Position numbers and translations under genes: made by a program
The notes under the pieces: model-generated
The model's database searches: none
Seen by the model: the letters and a program-made list of their open reading frames with translations, nothing else
What the model was told of the DNA's origin: nothing
Shown: piece by piece, positions 45,882 to 55,378 of the stretch
Numbering within the stretch: the stretch's first letter is position 1
Layout of the letters: each line of letters begins with the position of its first letter
DNA from: an uncultured Gammaproteobacteria bacterium
Lineage (GTDB): Bacteria; Patescibacteriota; Patescibacteriia; UBA1558; GWA2-36-10
Direction of reading: 5' to 3'
NCBI GenBank assembly: GCA_964633905.1
Contig: CAZWIT010000003.1
Span: 67,193-131,192 of the forward strand
Length of the DNA: 64,000 nucleotides

Positions 45882-46406
45882 TTATTTGAGTAATCCAGTT
45901 TTCTCTTGTATCCAATTCCAAGGATGCATTTCTCTAACGTGTAAAATATATTCTTGTGCTAGTTTAGGAATAAGTAAAATAATAAATACAATAGTTAAAC
46001 GTTTTGGTGTTAATTGCCAGTTAGCAAAATAACGATTGCGAGCGGCCCAAAATAAAAACCAATTTTCAAACATATTTGGAAAAATAAAAAGCAAAATTCG
46101 TAACTGTGTAACTTCAAATAAGATAACCCCCAACAGACGATAAATAAATAAAATAATGCTAGTATTTTTGGCTAACTTTTCTTGCCAGGCTAAGCTGACA
46201 ATTAAAGCAAAGGATAGATAATAAACATCTAATAATTTATCAACTTGGGCATAGTTAGTAAAATCACCTAGCTTAATAACATCAATCAAAATTACATCCA
46301 CCGCATCCAGTACTAAACAAGCGACTGTTCCCCACAAAGGCCAGCGTCTAATAGAAACCGGCACCACTAATCGTAAAATAATAACTAAAATTGGGCCTAA
46401 AGCCAT
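45882..46406 (-). CDS. Membrane protein, hypothetical
   Basis: 174 aa, 5 predicted TM helices. Confidence 0.5.
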   Translation of the reverse strand: MALGPILVIILRLVVPVSIRRWPLWGTVACLVLDAVDVILIDVIKLGDFTNYAQVDKLLDVYYLSFALIVSLAWQEKLAKNTSIILFIYRLLGVILFEVTQLRILLFIFPNMFENWFLFWAARNRYFANWQLTPKRLTIVFIILLIPKLAQEYILHVREMHPWNWIQEKTGLLK

Positions 46407-46421
46407 AATTTTATATTTACT

Positions 46422-46637
46422 TTATCTTTTATTTAAAGGATTTTCAACATCAAATTCCTGCTCTTCTTTTTTATCTCGAGCTAAAAAGGGATATTTGACT
46501 GCGTCTAAATCACCAATATAAGTAATAGGGTCAACTAAATCTTTATCGCTAGTTTTTGGCCGTGCTAAAACTGGGCTTTTTTTAATATTGGCCCGCGGCT
46601 GGCGTTTAGCTTTATTTTTATTAAAAAAGGCTACCAT
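46422..46637 (-). CDS. Hypothetical small basic protein
   Basis: 71-aa ORF. Confidence 0.4.
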   Translation of the reverse strand: MVAFFNKNKAKRQPRANIKKSPVLARPKTSDKDLVDPITYIGDLDAVKYPFLARDKKEEQEFDVENPLNKR

Positions 46638-46897
46638 ATAGTTTAATTTTACCCCGTTAAATAATTCTCGCTTGAAAAGCGAGAATTAGCGCTAATTTAT
46701 CAATATTTAATTATCCTAAACTTAACTACCAATAATAAAGATTATAAGCGACCTAAGTTTAAGATAGCGCTATTTAACAGGGTGAATCATAACAAAAAGC
46801 TAAGGATTTAGCAAACTAACAATAGTTATACACAGCTTGGTTTTTTTAATATATTAGTTTATAATATTTTAGCTAAATTAAGCTAAAAGACTCTAGT

Positions 46898-46951
46898 TTG
46901 GCAACACAATATCTTGTGTGCTATAATTATTTTAAACACTATATATTGTGT
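46898..46951 (+). promoter_or_regulatory. nrdJ promoter (TTGGCA-18-TATAAT) overlapped by two NrdR boxes: ACACAATATCTTGTGT (46904-46919) and ACACTATATATTGTGT (46936-46951)
   Basis: Two 16-bp palindromes matching the NrdR-box consensus acaCwAtATaTwGtgt, spaced 32 bp centre to centre, 70-120 bp upstream of the RNR start. Confidence 0.7.
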
Positions 46952-47022
46952 TTTTCGGGATAAGGAGCGATTTTTTTATCTCCCTAAAATAAATAATTAA
47001 AAAATACTTAAATAAAAATCCT

Positions 47023-49995
47023 ATGCTACGCCAAGTCAAAAAACGTTCGGGCCAAGTTGAAAGCTTTGATCAAGCTAAAATCATCTTTTCTTTAAAAAAT
47101 GTCCTTGTCCACGCTGGTCTGCCGGACAACCCTTTGACTGATAAATTTACCCAGCAAGTTGTCAAATACATTGATAATATTTATGGCGACGAAGAAGTGA
47201 TTACCAGCGACGATGTGCGTAGCGCTGTAAATATTGTCCTACTAGAAAATAACCTTCCCCAAATTGCTAAAGCCTATTTTCAAACTCGCAATACTAAACT
47301 TGACGGTCAGCAAAAAATATTTTCTAATATTACTAAAATTCGTAAACGCGACGGCACCATTGTTGATTTTGACCGCACCAAAGTCTTTAATGCTATTTAT
47401 AAAGCAGGACAGGCTAGCCAAGAATTTGATGAAATTGAAGCTAAAAAACTAGGCGATATTGTAAATTCTATTTTAGAGCACAAATATGACGGCCACACTA
47501 TTCCTAGTGTTGAGCAAATCCAAGATATTATTGAAATCATCTTGATCCAGTCAAACTGGGCTAAAACTGCTAAAGCTTTTATCCTCTATCGTGAAGAGCG
47601 TAAAAAAATCCGTTTAGAGCAAGGCAAAGAAGTTACTAGCCCTGAAGTCAAAGCTTTAGAAGAACGCGGTATTGCTTTAAGCAAACAAGCCAGGCACATT
47701 TTAAACAACTCTATTAACTTTGATGAATTGGGCCGTATTATTTTCTTAGACCGTTATTCTATCAAAGATAAGAAAGAAGACATTGCTGTTGGCGACCTGG
47801 TTATTGTCATTTCCAAAGAAGACCGCAAATATCCTAAAAAGGATTTAGGTATTATCAAGCACATGCTAACTGGCGATCGAGTTGTCTTGCACATGCTCAC
47901 TGGCATGTATGCTGAAAGTGCCAATAATTTTGAATTTGAACAAGACTTATATAAATGCGATAAACCACGCGAATCAATTGACGATGCTCATCGCCGTATT
48001 GCCAAAGCCGTAGCTTCTGTGGAAACTACTCCAGAAAATCGCACTAAATACTTTGAAGCTTTTTTTGAAGAATTAAATAATAAACGCATTCAACCCGGCG
48101 GCCGTATTATGACTGGTGCTAATGTTGATACTCATGGCAACTACACCTCTAATTTAACTTTATTCAACTGCTATGTTTTACCTTCCCCGCGCGATTCTCG
48201 TAAAGCTATTATTGCCGAGACTCTGTACCAGATGACTGAAGTCATGTCGCGCGGCGGCGGCGTTGGTTTGTCTTTATCAACTCTCAGACCACGCTACGCC
48301 TATGTCAAAGGTGTTCACGGCAAATCCTCAGGCTCTGTTTCTTGGGGCGGACTATTTTCCTATGTTACTGGACTTATAGAACAAGGCGGTTCTAGACGCG
48401 GCGCGCTGATGTTGATGCAGTGGGATTGGCATCCAGATGTTTTAGAATTTATTTCTTCTAAAACTAAAGCTGGCCAAATTGAAAACGCCAATATCTCCGT
48501 CATGGTGTCTGACTCTTTTATGAAGGCAGTTAAAAATGACGAATACTGGAATCTAGAATTTCCTGATTATGAAAATCCGGCTTACAAAGATATCTATGAC
48601 AACATTTGGGACGGCGATTTACTAGCTTGGAAAGCAGCTGGCTATCCAGTCCGAGTTTATAAAACTATCAAAGCTAGAGAACTTTGGAATAAAATTATTG
48701 AATCTGCCCATGCTAGCGCTGAACCAGGCATCGTATTTATGGAACGCTACAATAAGCTTTCCAACTCTCATTATTTTAATAAAGTAATTGCTACTAATCC
48801 TTGTGGTGAACAGGGTTTACCAGGCTGGGGTGTATGTAACTTGGGTCATCTCTACCTTGCTTCTTTTGCCAAAGAAGTCGGCGCCGATGATTTAGGTCCA
48901 CTCTATCAAATGGATTGGGAAACCTTGAAAAAATCTGCCCGCACCTTAACTCGCTTTTTAGATAATGTTATTGATCTGACTCCTTATCATTTTAAAGAAA
49001 ATGAAACTAACCAAAAAAACGAACGTCGTATTGGCGGCGGCACTTTAGGCTTAGGCGAATTACTGATCAAATTGCGCTTGCGTTATGGCTCTGAAGAAGC
49101 TAGTGAATTTATCAATCGCATTTATCAAGCCATTACTACTGAAATGTACAAAGAGTCTACAAATCTTGCTAAAGAAAAAGGTCCTTTCCCTAAATTTGAA
49201 AGTGAAAAATTCTTAAATTCTGGCTTTATCCAAACCTTGCCAATTGATATCCAAAACGCCATTAAAGAAAATGGTATTCGCAATGTGACCTTGACTACTC
49301 AAGCTCCCACTGGCACAGTCGGCTCCATGCTTGGTACTTCTACTGGCATTGAACCATATTATGCTTTTAAATTCTTTAGACAATCTCGCTTAGGTTTTCA
49401 TGAAGTCTTTATACCCTTAGCTGAAAAATACCAAAGCACTGATGGTAAACTGCCAGAATTCTTTGTCTCAGCTATGGATCTTTCTCCTACTGACCACATC
49501 AAGGTCCAAGCTGTAGTCCAAAAATGGACTGATTCCTCTATCAGTAAAACTGCCAATGCTCCGGCTAACTTTACAGTTGAACAAACTGCTCAACTTTATG
49601 AACAAGCCTACGAACTAGGTTGCAAAGGCGTCACTATTTACCGTGACTCTAGCCGTACGGAACAAGTTTTATCTTTAGACAAAGATACAGAAAAGAAAAA
49701 CTTAGCCTACAATGGTGAAAAAACTGAAGTAAAAATAGAAACTACTGAAATAGAAGTTAGCATTCCTAATGATGTTTTAGAAATTATGGAAATCCAAAAT
49801 CCAAGCCCCAGCACTAAAACTGCGCCAACGCCAATTAGCCATATAATCGAAGAACTAGAAGAGTTAGATGAACGCTATGGCACGGCTGTTGGCAAAATCT
49901 GCCCTCAGTGTAAACAAGGCGTAATGGTTAAGATGGGTGGCTGTACTGAATGCTCCAAACAGTGCGGTTTCAAGGGCTCCTGCGACATGAAATAA
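47023..49995 (+). CDS. nrdJ: Ribonucleoside-triphosphate/diphosphate reductase, class II (adenosylcobalamin-dependent), with two N-terminal ATP-cones and C-terminal zinc ribbon
   Basis: ATP-cone signatures (VKKRSGQVESFD; IRKRDGTIVDFD), the catalytic region (NPCGEQ, SRRGALM), and a C-terminal CPQC...C..C zinc ribbon typical of monomeric class II RNRs. Confidence 0.8.
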   Translation: MLRQVKKRSGQVESFDQAKIIFSLKNVLVHAGLPDNPLTDKFTQQVVKYIDNIYGDEEVITSDDVRSAVNIVLLENNLPQIAKAYFQTRNTKLDGQQKIFSNITKIRKRDGTIVDFDRTKVFNAIYKAGQASQEFDEIEAKKLGDIVNSILEHKYDGHTIPSVEQIQDIIEIILIQSNWAKTAKAFILYREERKKIRLEQGKEVTSPEVKALEERGIALSKQARHILNNSINFDELGRIIFLDRYSIKDKKEDIAVGDLVIVISKEDRKYPKKDLGIIKHMLTGDRVVLHMLTGMYAESANNFEFEQDLYKCDKPRESIDDAHRRIAKAVASVETTPENRTKYFEAFFEELNNKRIQPGGRIMTGANVDTHGNYTSNLTLFNCYVLPSPRDSRKAIIAETLYQMTEVMSRGGGVGLSLSTLRPRYAYVKGVHGKSSGSVSWGGLFSYVTGLIEQGGSRRGALMLMQWDWHPDVLEFISSKTKAGQIENANISVMVSDSFMKAVKNDEYWNLEFPDYENPAYKDIYDNIWDGDLLAWKAAGYPVRVYKTIKARELWNKIIESAHASAEPGIVFMERYNKLSNSHYFNKVIATNPCGEQGLPGWGVCNLGHLYLASFAKEVGADDLGPLYQMDWETLKKSARTLTRFLDNVIDLTPYHFKENETNQKNERRIGGGTLGLGELLIKLRLRYGSEEASEFINRIYQAITTEMYKESTNLAKEKGPFPKFESEKFLNSGFIQTLPIDIQNAIKENGIRNVTLTTQAPTGTVGSMLGTSTGIEPYYAFKFFRQSRLGFHEVFIPLAEKYQSTDGKLPEFFVSAMDLSPTDHIKVQAVVQKWTDSSISKTANAPANFTVEQTAQLYEQAYELGCKGVTIYRDSSRTEQVLSLDKDTEKKNLAYNGEKTEVKIETTEIEVSIPNDVLEIMEIQNPSPSTKTAPTPISHIIEELEELDERYGTAVGKICPQCKQGVMVKMGGCTECSKQCGFKGSCDMK

Positions 49996-50127
49996 TAATA
50001 AAAAATAAACCCCTACTCCGTAAATAATTAAATATCGATTAACCCGCATCTCGCCGAATCCGCCAGCCGGCGGAGAAGGCGGAAAGGGTTCCTGCGACAT
50101 GAAATAAATAATTTATTATAATAAATT

Positions 50128-50520
50128 ATGAAAACAGAATATTTAGAACTTATCAAAAAAGCCACTGAACTTGCTAAACCAATTGAACACAATCGTTATT
50201 GCAAAAGTGGTCATGTGGCTAGCGCCCTAATAGATGATAATGACAAAGTCTACACTGGCGTTAATATTGATACTGATTGTGGTCTAGGCTTTTGTGCTGA
50301 ACATAGTGCTATTGCCCAAATGACAGCAACCCGAGCTAGTAAAATAAAAGCCATCGTAGCTGTAAATCATAATGGCAAGATCCTACCACCTTGTGGCCGT
50401 TGTCGTGAACTAATGTATCAAATAAATTTAGCTAACCTAAAAACGGAAATCATTATCTCTGAAACAGAAATATTACTACTAGAAGATCTATTAAATCATC
50501 GTTGGCAAGAAGCTTGGTAA
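50128..50520 (+). CDS. cdd: Cytidine deaminase
   Basis: CAEHSA (zinc ligand + catalytic Glu) and PCGRCRELM motifs. Confidence 0.8.
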   Translation: MKTEYLELIKKATELAKPIEHNRYCKSGHVASALIDDNDKVYTGVNIDTDCGLGFCAEHSAIAQMTATRASKIKAIVAVNHNGKILPPCGRCRELMYQINLANLKTEIIISETEILLLEDLLNHRWQEAW

Positions 50521-50533
50521 AATATAAAAGTAT

Positions 50534-51331
50534 ATGAAATTAACACCAGAAACAATCAAATTCGCCCCAGCTGATAGCAGTGAAGGCAGTGGACTGGAAG
50601 CAGAAAAATATCAACCTGAACTTAGTTTTAATATTAATCCAGACTATGATAAAACTATGTGCCTGATGTTCTGGCGCAATCATGTTACTGTCCACCCCAA
50701 GCTAGCATATTTACTAGATATCAAAGACGAAGCTCTAGCTAAAGCAGAAATCACTAAATTTGTCGATGAATTTTACCAAAGCCACCAGTCAGAAATTGAA
50801 CAACAAGTACAAAAGGGTCAAGCTGATTGGGCAGAAGTAGAAACTTCCTTTTTTGCTAAAGTTGAAGAAATGTTTCACTCTTATCCTTGGCCACCCAGTT
50901 TACCTGAAAACCAAAATCACTATCAAGCCATGGGCTCTATCTGGAATCATTTTCCTCGTAACATCAAGCACCAACGTTTTAGCATTCCCGCTAATCCAGA
51001 ATTCACTAGACTGGGTGCTAACAATGTGATTGCTCACGAAATGCTACATTTCATCACCTATGACTATTTAGAAAAAAAGTACGGCCTGCAGCCCAGTGAA
51101 TTCCGTGATCCCAAAAATCCAGACAATCCTGATTATGATAATACCTTTTGGCAGTTCACTGAAAATTTAAATGCCTTAATTGAAGATGATCCTGTCTGGG
51201 CCGAATTTATGGATGGTAAAAAAGCTCACATCAAACCCGAGTGCAAACCCTTATATGATAAAATGAAAGTAATTTGGGATCAAAATAAGGATATTGATAA
51301 TCTAGTGCGTCAAATATTTAATTTAACTTAA
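50534..51331 (+). CDS. Hypothetical protein with HExxH motif (putative zinc metallopeptidase)
   Basis: NVIAHEMLHFITYDY. The rest of the protein has no recognisable similarity. Confidence 0.45.
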   Translation: MKLTPETIKFAPADSSEGSGLEAEKYQPELSFNINPDYDKTMCLMFWRNHVTVHPKLAYLLDIKDEALAKAEITKFVDEFYQSHQSEIEQQVQKGQADWAEVETSFFAKVEEMFHSYPWPPSLPENQNHYQAMGSIWNHFPRNIKHQRFSIPANPEFTRLGANNVIAHEMLHFITYDYLEKKYGLQPSEFRDPKNPDNPDYDNTFWQFTENLNALIEDDPVWAEFMDGKKAHIKPECKPLYDKMKVIWDQNKDIDNLVRQIFNLT

Positions 51332-51465
51332 TTTAAACCCCTGCCGCGAGGTAGGGGTTTAGTGTATAGAACATATACACACTGTTAGGTGAAATACATT
51401 TTTTCTTTTCGTGCTAAAATAAGCTATAATTTAAACAATACAAATTTGATTTTTTAAATAAACAT

Positions 51466-51912
51466 ATGACCTTAACACAAGAACAATTAGATTTATTAGG
51501 ACAACGAGCCGTTGAAACAACGCAAGTATGTGGGCAGTCTACATCTTATGCGGTGTCTGAAACGAACTGGACAAACTTGCTGACATTAATTTTAGCCTTA
51601 ATTGTCATTTTGCTATCACTTTTTATATTAGCAAAGAATAATCGTCAAAAAATAAAAGAGTTCTTTACTGACAAAGAAAAATCAAACTATCGATGGCTAT
51701 CAATTTTAATATTAGCGCTTATTTTCATAATAATGTACTTTTTATTTAATTCAACGACAAATTTTAAAAATAACATAGGATCAGCCAATTTTGACTTCCT
51801 ACATAAACGCATGACTATCCATAAATATGGCAATTTTGAAGACGAAGATTCACTAGAAGAATGTTATAAAAAAATTGACGATAAATATAGAGATTTACGA
51901 AACAGTAATTAA
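51466..51912 (+). CDS. Membrane protein, hypothetical (2 TM)
   Basis: 148-aa ORF. Confidence 0.45.
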   Translation: MTLTQEQLDLLGQRAVETTQVCGQSTSYAVSETNWTNLLTLILALIVILLSLFILAKNNRQKIKEFFTDKEKSNYRWLSILILALIFIIMYFLFNSTTNFKNNIGSANFDFLHKRMTIHKYGNFEDEDSLEECYKKIDDKYRDLRNSN

Positions 51913-52016
51913 CTAAAAAATCAAATCCTACTTCTAAAGAAGCCTTACGAAAATTCAAGAAAAAATGTATATCATCTATCACCGCGTATGCGCGGTTTCA
52001 CTGAATAAATAAAATT

Positions 52017-52592
52017 ATGCAAATACTTAAAAAAATTGATAAATTAAACTCGAAACAAGCATTTTACTCTGGTATTATGGTAGGAATATCAATTTTTTGT
52101 TTTGCTGGTTTAATAATTTTACTTAATATAAAATATGAAAATCCCTTCAATGGTTTAACCACCCCTATTCTTGGCATAATGACAGCTTACATTGCATACC
52201 AACAATATAGAATATCACGACATCAATTAAAGCTAGACTTATATAACAAACGGTTTGAAGTTTTTGAATGCATTAGAGATTTATTAATAGAGATACAAAC
52301 AGAAGCCCAGTCTAAGGATAAAAATAAATATTATGACTTTATAATAAAAGCTGATAATTCAAAATTTTTATTTGACCAAGATATAATAAGTTATACAGAA
52401 GATATTAGACAAAAAATTAGCAGGCTTAAATATATTAATATTAGATTAAACGACCAACGTTTATGTATTAGTGAAGAAAGTGAATCTCTAGCAAATGAAA
52501 ATACAGATATACTAGAATGGTTTAATAATGAATTATATGGTGGTATCCATAATAAATTTGCCAAATATATAAATGTAAATACAATTGCATAA
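52017..52592 (+). CDS. Membrane protein with cytoplasmic C-terminal domain, hypothetical
   Basis: 191-aa ORF with 2 N-terminal TM helices. Confidence 0.5.
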   Translation: MQILKKIDKLNSKQAFYSGIMVGISIFCFAGLIILLNIKYENPFNGLTTPILGIMTAYIAYQQYRISRHQLKLDLYNKRFEVFECIRDLLIEIQTEAQSKDKNKYYDFIIKADNSKFLFDQDIISYTEDIRQKISRLKYINIRLNDQRLCISEESESLANENTDILEWFNNELYGGIHNKFAKYINVNTIA

Positions 52593-52710
52593 TTTTATTC
52601 TTAACGTCCGCTCGCCCAAATAATTCTTTAAACTGATAAAATTACTGATTTGAAATAAATTCAGGGTGACAATGACTCGGACAAAAAAGTTGATATAAAA
52701 ATAGTTATTT

Positions 52711-52750
52711 AAAATAAAAAAGCCGTGGCAGGATAAGTCCCTACCACGAC
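52711..52750 (-). terminator. Intrinsic terminator CGTGGTAGGG-acttat-CCTGCCACGG + CTTTTTTATTTT (minus strand)
   Basis: Follows the stop (52762) of the GC-rich 107-aa gene. Confidence 0.6.
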
Positions 52751-52761
52751 CGAACAACTTG

Positions 52762-53085
52762 CTAGACATCGATAACGATAATATGGTCGGCCGTACCGTT
52801 ACGCCAGCGCGGGTTAAACCTGGGCTGGTAAAAAGTATCCCGATAGAGCGGCGATAGATCATCGTCACACTGGTGACACTCGCTGTCCTCTGTCAGCACG
52901 ACCAGAGATGCCGACGAGCCAAAGCCAGCGCTCAGGGCTAGCTGATAGGCATCCTCCGGCGACAAAGGCCAACGCGCTTTGATTAGATCAGATAGTATCT
53001 GAGCATTATAACCGTCGCTACCAGTTACCACCTTCATTACCACCTGACCACCCGAACGCACCGTTATCAAGCCTTGTGTAGCCAT
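52762..53085 (-). CDS. GC-rich foreign-looking small protein (107 aa), unknown function
   Basis: About 55% GC coding sequence. SD GGAGGT 9 nt before the ATG. Own promoter TTGACT-17-TATTAT and terminator. MATQGLITVRSGGQVVMKVVTGSDGYNAQILSDLIKARWPLSPEDAYQLALSAGFGSS... Confidence 0.55.
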   Translation of the reverse strand: MATQGLITVRSGGQVVMKVVTGSDGYNAQILSDLIKARWPLSPEDAYQLALSAGFGSSASLVVLTEDSECHQCDDDLSPLYRDTFYQPRFNPRWRNGTADHIIVIDV

Positions 53086-53188
53086 CTTTTACTCACCTCC
53101 CTAAAGAACGTGCCCTAGTTGACAGAAAACAAAATATAATAACATAATTAATATAAAAAGTCAATAGTAAACAATATAACAAAACTAT

Positions 53189-53635
53189 ATGGAAATAACC
53201 AGACATTTTACAGCTACTACTATTATTGTTAATAAAAATAGAGCCCTATTACATTTACACAAAAAACTCGGTATCTGGATTCCAGTTGGTGGGCATATTG
53301 ATCGTGATGAGTTGCCAGAAGAAGCAGCAATAAGAGAAGCTAAAGAAGAATCTGGTTTAGTAATTGCTTTATATAATCCTGACAAACAAATTCCTATGGC
53401 TAAGGTCAAACAATTGTTTCGCCCTATGCATATTTTGCTAGAAGATATTAACCAGTTTCACCAACACATTGATCTGGTTTATTATGCCTACTCTGACATT
53501 GATAGTTTACAACCTGAAGCTGGCGAAACTACTGAACTAAAATGGTTTACAGCCAGTGAAATAAACGAGCTAAAAGGCGCGCCAGAAAATGTCAAAGCGC
53601 TTGCCTTAGAGGCTATTAATTTGTTGGGTAAATAA
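53189..53635 (+). CDS. NUDIX hydrolase
   Basis: Nudix box GGHIDRDELPEEAAIREAKEESGL. Confidence 0.8.
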   Translation: MEITRHFTATTIIVNKNRALLHLHKKLGIWIPVGGHIDRDELPEEAAIREAKEESGLVIALYNPDKQIPMAKVKQLFRPMHILLEDINQFHQHIDLVYYAYSDIDSLQPEAGETTELKWFTASEINELKGAPENVKALALEAINLLGK

Positions 53636-53638
53636 TAT

Positions 53639-54163
53639 ATGATTACTCCTTGGCAAAAATTAAAAGAGGAACCCTTTGCAGCTGGCTGGCGCAAACTAGT
53701 GAAAAAAACTTTCCAAATGCCGGATGGCAAAATAAGTGATTTTGATATTAAGGCTGAAAATCAAGCTGTCTGTGTTTTAGCTCTGACCACTGACAAGCAA
53801 GTTATCTTAGCTAAACAATTTCGGCCTGGACCAGAAAAAATACTTTTAGAAATGCCCGGCGGAGTAATTGATAAAAATGAAACTGCCGAAGCTGCTATCA
53901 AAAGAGAGCTACTTGAAGAAACTGGCTACACGGGTAATTTTCAATTTGTTGGCACAAGTTTAGACTGTGCCTACTCTACTTTAATCAGACATAATTTTGT
54001 AGCTACTGATTGTCATAAAATACAAGAGCAAAAATTAGAAGCTAATGAGTTTATAGAAATAGTCACTATGTCTTTGACGGATTTTAGAAAACATTTACAA
54101 AGTGGCGAGTTGACTGATATTGAATCTGGCTATTTAGGATTAGATTATTTAAAATTATTATAA
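53639..54163 (+). CDS. NUDIX hydrolase (ADP-ribose pyrophosphatase-like)
   Basis: Nudix box GGVIDKNETAEAAIKRELLEETGY. Confidence 0.8.
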   Translation: MITPWQKLKEEPFAAGWRKLVKKTFQMPDGKISDFDIKAENQAVCVLALTTDKQVILAKQFRPGPEKILLEMPGGVIDKNETAEAAIKRELLEETGYTGNFQFVGTSLDCAYSTLIRHNFVATDCHKIQEQKLEANEFIEIVTMSLTDFRKHLQSGELTDIESGYLGLDYLKLL

Positions 54164-54165
54164 AT

Positions 54166-54621
54166 ATGAAAATATCCAGTCCTGCTTTTAAGCATAATCA
54201 ATCCATACCTGAAAACTACACTTGCGATGGCGCTAATATTAATCCTCCTTTACAAATTAGTGAGGCGCCTAAGCAAGCTAAAAGTTTGGTTTTAATTATG
54301 GATGATCCTGATGTGCCGAAATTTGTCAGAGAAGATGGCTTGTGGGTACACTGGCTAGTATGGAATATTGATCCTAAAACTACCCTGATACCAGAAAACA
54401 CTCCGGCTATTGGCGTAGTAGGAATAAACACTCGTGGTCTTAATGCTTATGGTGGCCCTTGCCCACCTGATCAAGAGCACCGTTATTTTTTTAAGCTCTA
54501 TGCCTTAGATATAGTTTTAAAGCTTGATAGTTCCAGCGACAAAAATCAACTAGAGCAAGCCATGTTAGGGCACATTATCGAACAAACTGAATTAATTGGT
54601 TTATATAATAGAAAAAAATAA
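54166..54621 (+). CDS. YbhB/YbcL-family phosphatidylethanolamine-binding protein (PEBP)
   Basis: DPDVP, HWLVWNI and RYFFKLYALD motifs. Confidence 0.8.
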   Translation: MKISSPAFKHNQSIPENYTCDGANINPPLQISEAPKQAKSLVLIMDDPDVPKFVREDGLWVHWLVWNIDPKTTLIPENTPAIGVVGINTRGLNAYGGPCPPDQEHRYFFKLYALDIVLKLDSSSDKNQLEQAMLGHIIEQTELIGLYNRKK

Positions 54622-54636
54622 AAATTTAATAAGATC

Positions 54637-55269
54637 ATGATTGATTTAGAAACATTAGAAAAAGGTTTGGCTGTCGATATTGATGAGACTCTGTCTTGGA
54701 CAATCGGACACTTGATTGAAAAAATGCAAGAAAATTTTGGTAATCCGGAAAATCTCTCTGTCAAAGAAATGGCCGAAAAATATCGCTATACCCAAAATAT
54801 CCCCTATTGGCAATCGACTGAGGCACTACAATGGCTTGATGAAAAAATACACTCCAACGAAATGCAAGAAGAGCTGCCTTTGATTGCTGATGCTAACATA
54901 CATCTAAATCATATTGCCAAAATAATCCCAATCTCAGCTTATATTACGGTGAGACCAGAATCCATAGAAGCTGGCACCAAAAAATGGCTGGCCAAACACA
55001 ATTTTCCTCAAGCGCCGATTATCTTTAGACCAAAAGAAATTAAGCATCAAGACGGAAACAAATGGAAAGCTGGTATTTTAAAAACTTTATACCCCAAAGT
55101 ACTGGGTATTATTGATGACAATGCTAAATTATTAGAATTTTTAGATCAAGATTACCCCGGCACTATTTTTTTGTATGACCACGAAAGTGCTAACAGTACT
55201 GCACACGTTATACCCTGTAAAAATTGGCTTAGAGTTTTCGCTGAAGTAAAAAAACATTTTAATAAATAA
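54637..55269 (+). CDS. HAD-superfamily hydrolase-like protein (possible 5'-nucleotidase)
   Basis: N-terminal LAVDIDETL (DxDxT motif I). Confidence 0.5.
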   Translation: MIDLETLEKGLAVDIDETLSWTIGHLIEKMQENFGNPENLSVKEMAEKYRYTQNIPYWQSTEALQWLDEKIHSNEMQEELPLIADANIHLNHIAKIIPISAYITVRPESIEAGTKKWLAKHNFPQAPIIFRPKEIKHQDGNKWKAGILKTLYPKVLGIIDDNAKLLEFLDQDYPGTIFLYDHESANSTAHVIPCKNWLRVFAEVKKHFNK

Positions 55270-55378
55270 AAATTTGAAAATTTTAAGATTGTCCTTTATA
55301 ATATCATACCAGCAGTTATTGAATAAAAAATTATCATACTACCTGCTACTTTATTAAAAAGCCTAATCATAGAAACAC

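Noticed and set aside
46640-47022. Possible cobalamin riboswitch upstream of nrdJ
   Set aside because: The region lacks the conserved B12-box (rAGYCMGgAgaCCkGCC-like) and is too AT-rich and short in structured sequence. The regulatory content is better explained by the two NrdR boxes and the promoter.
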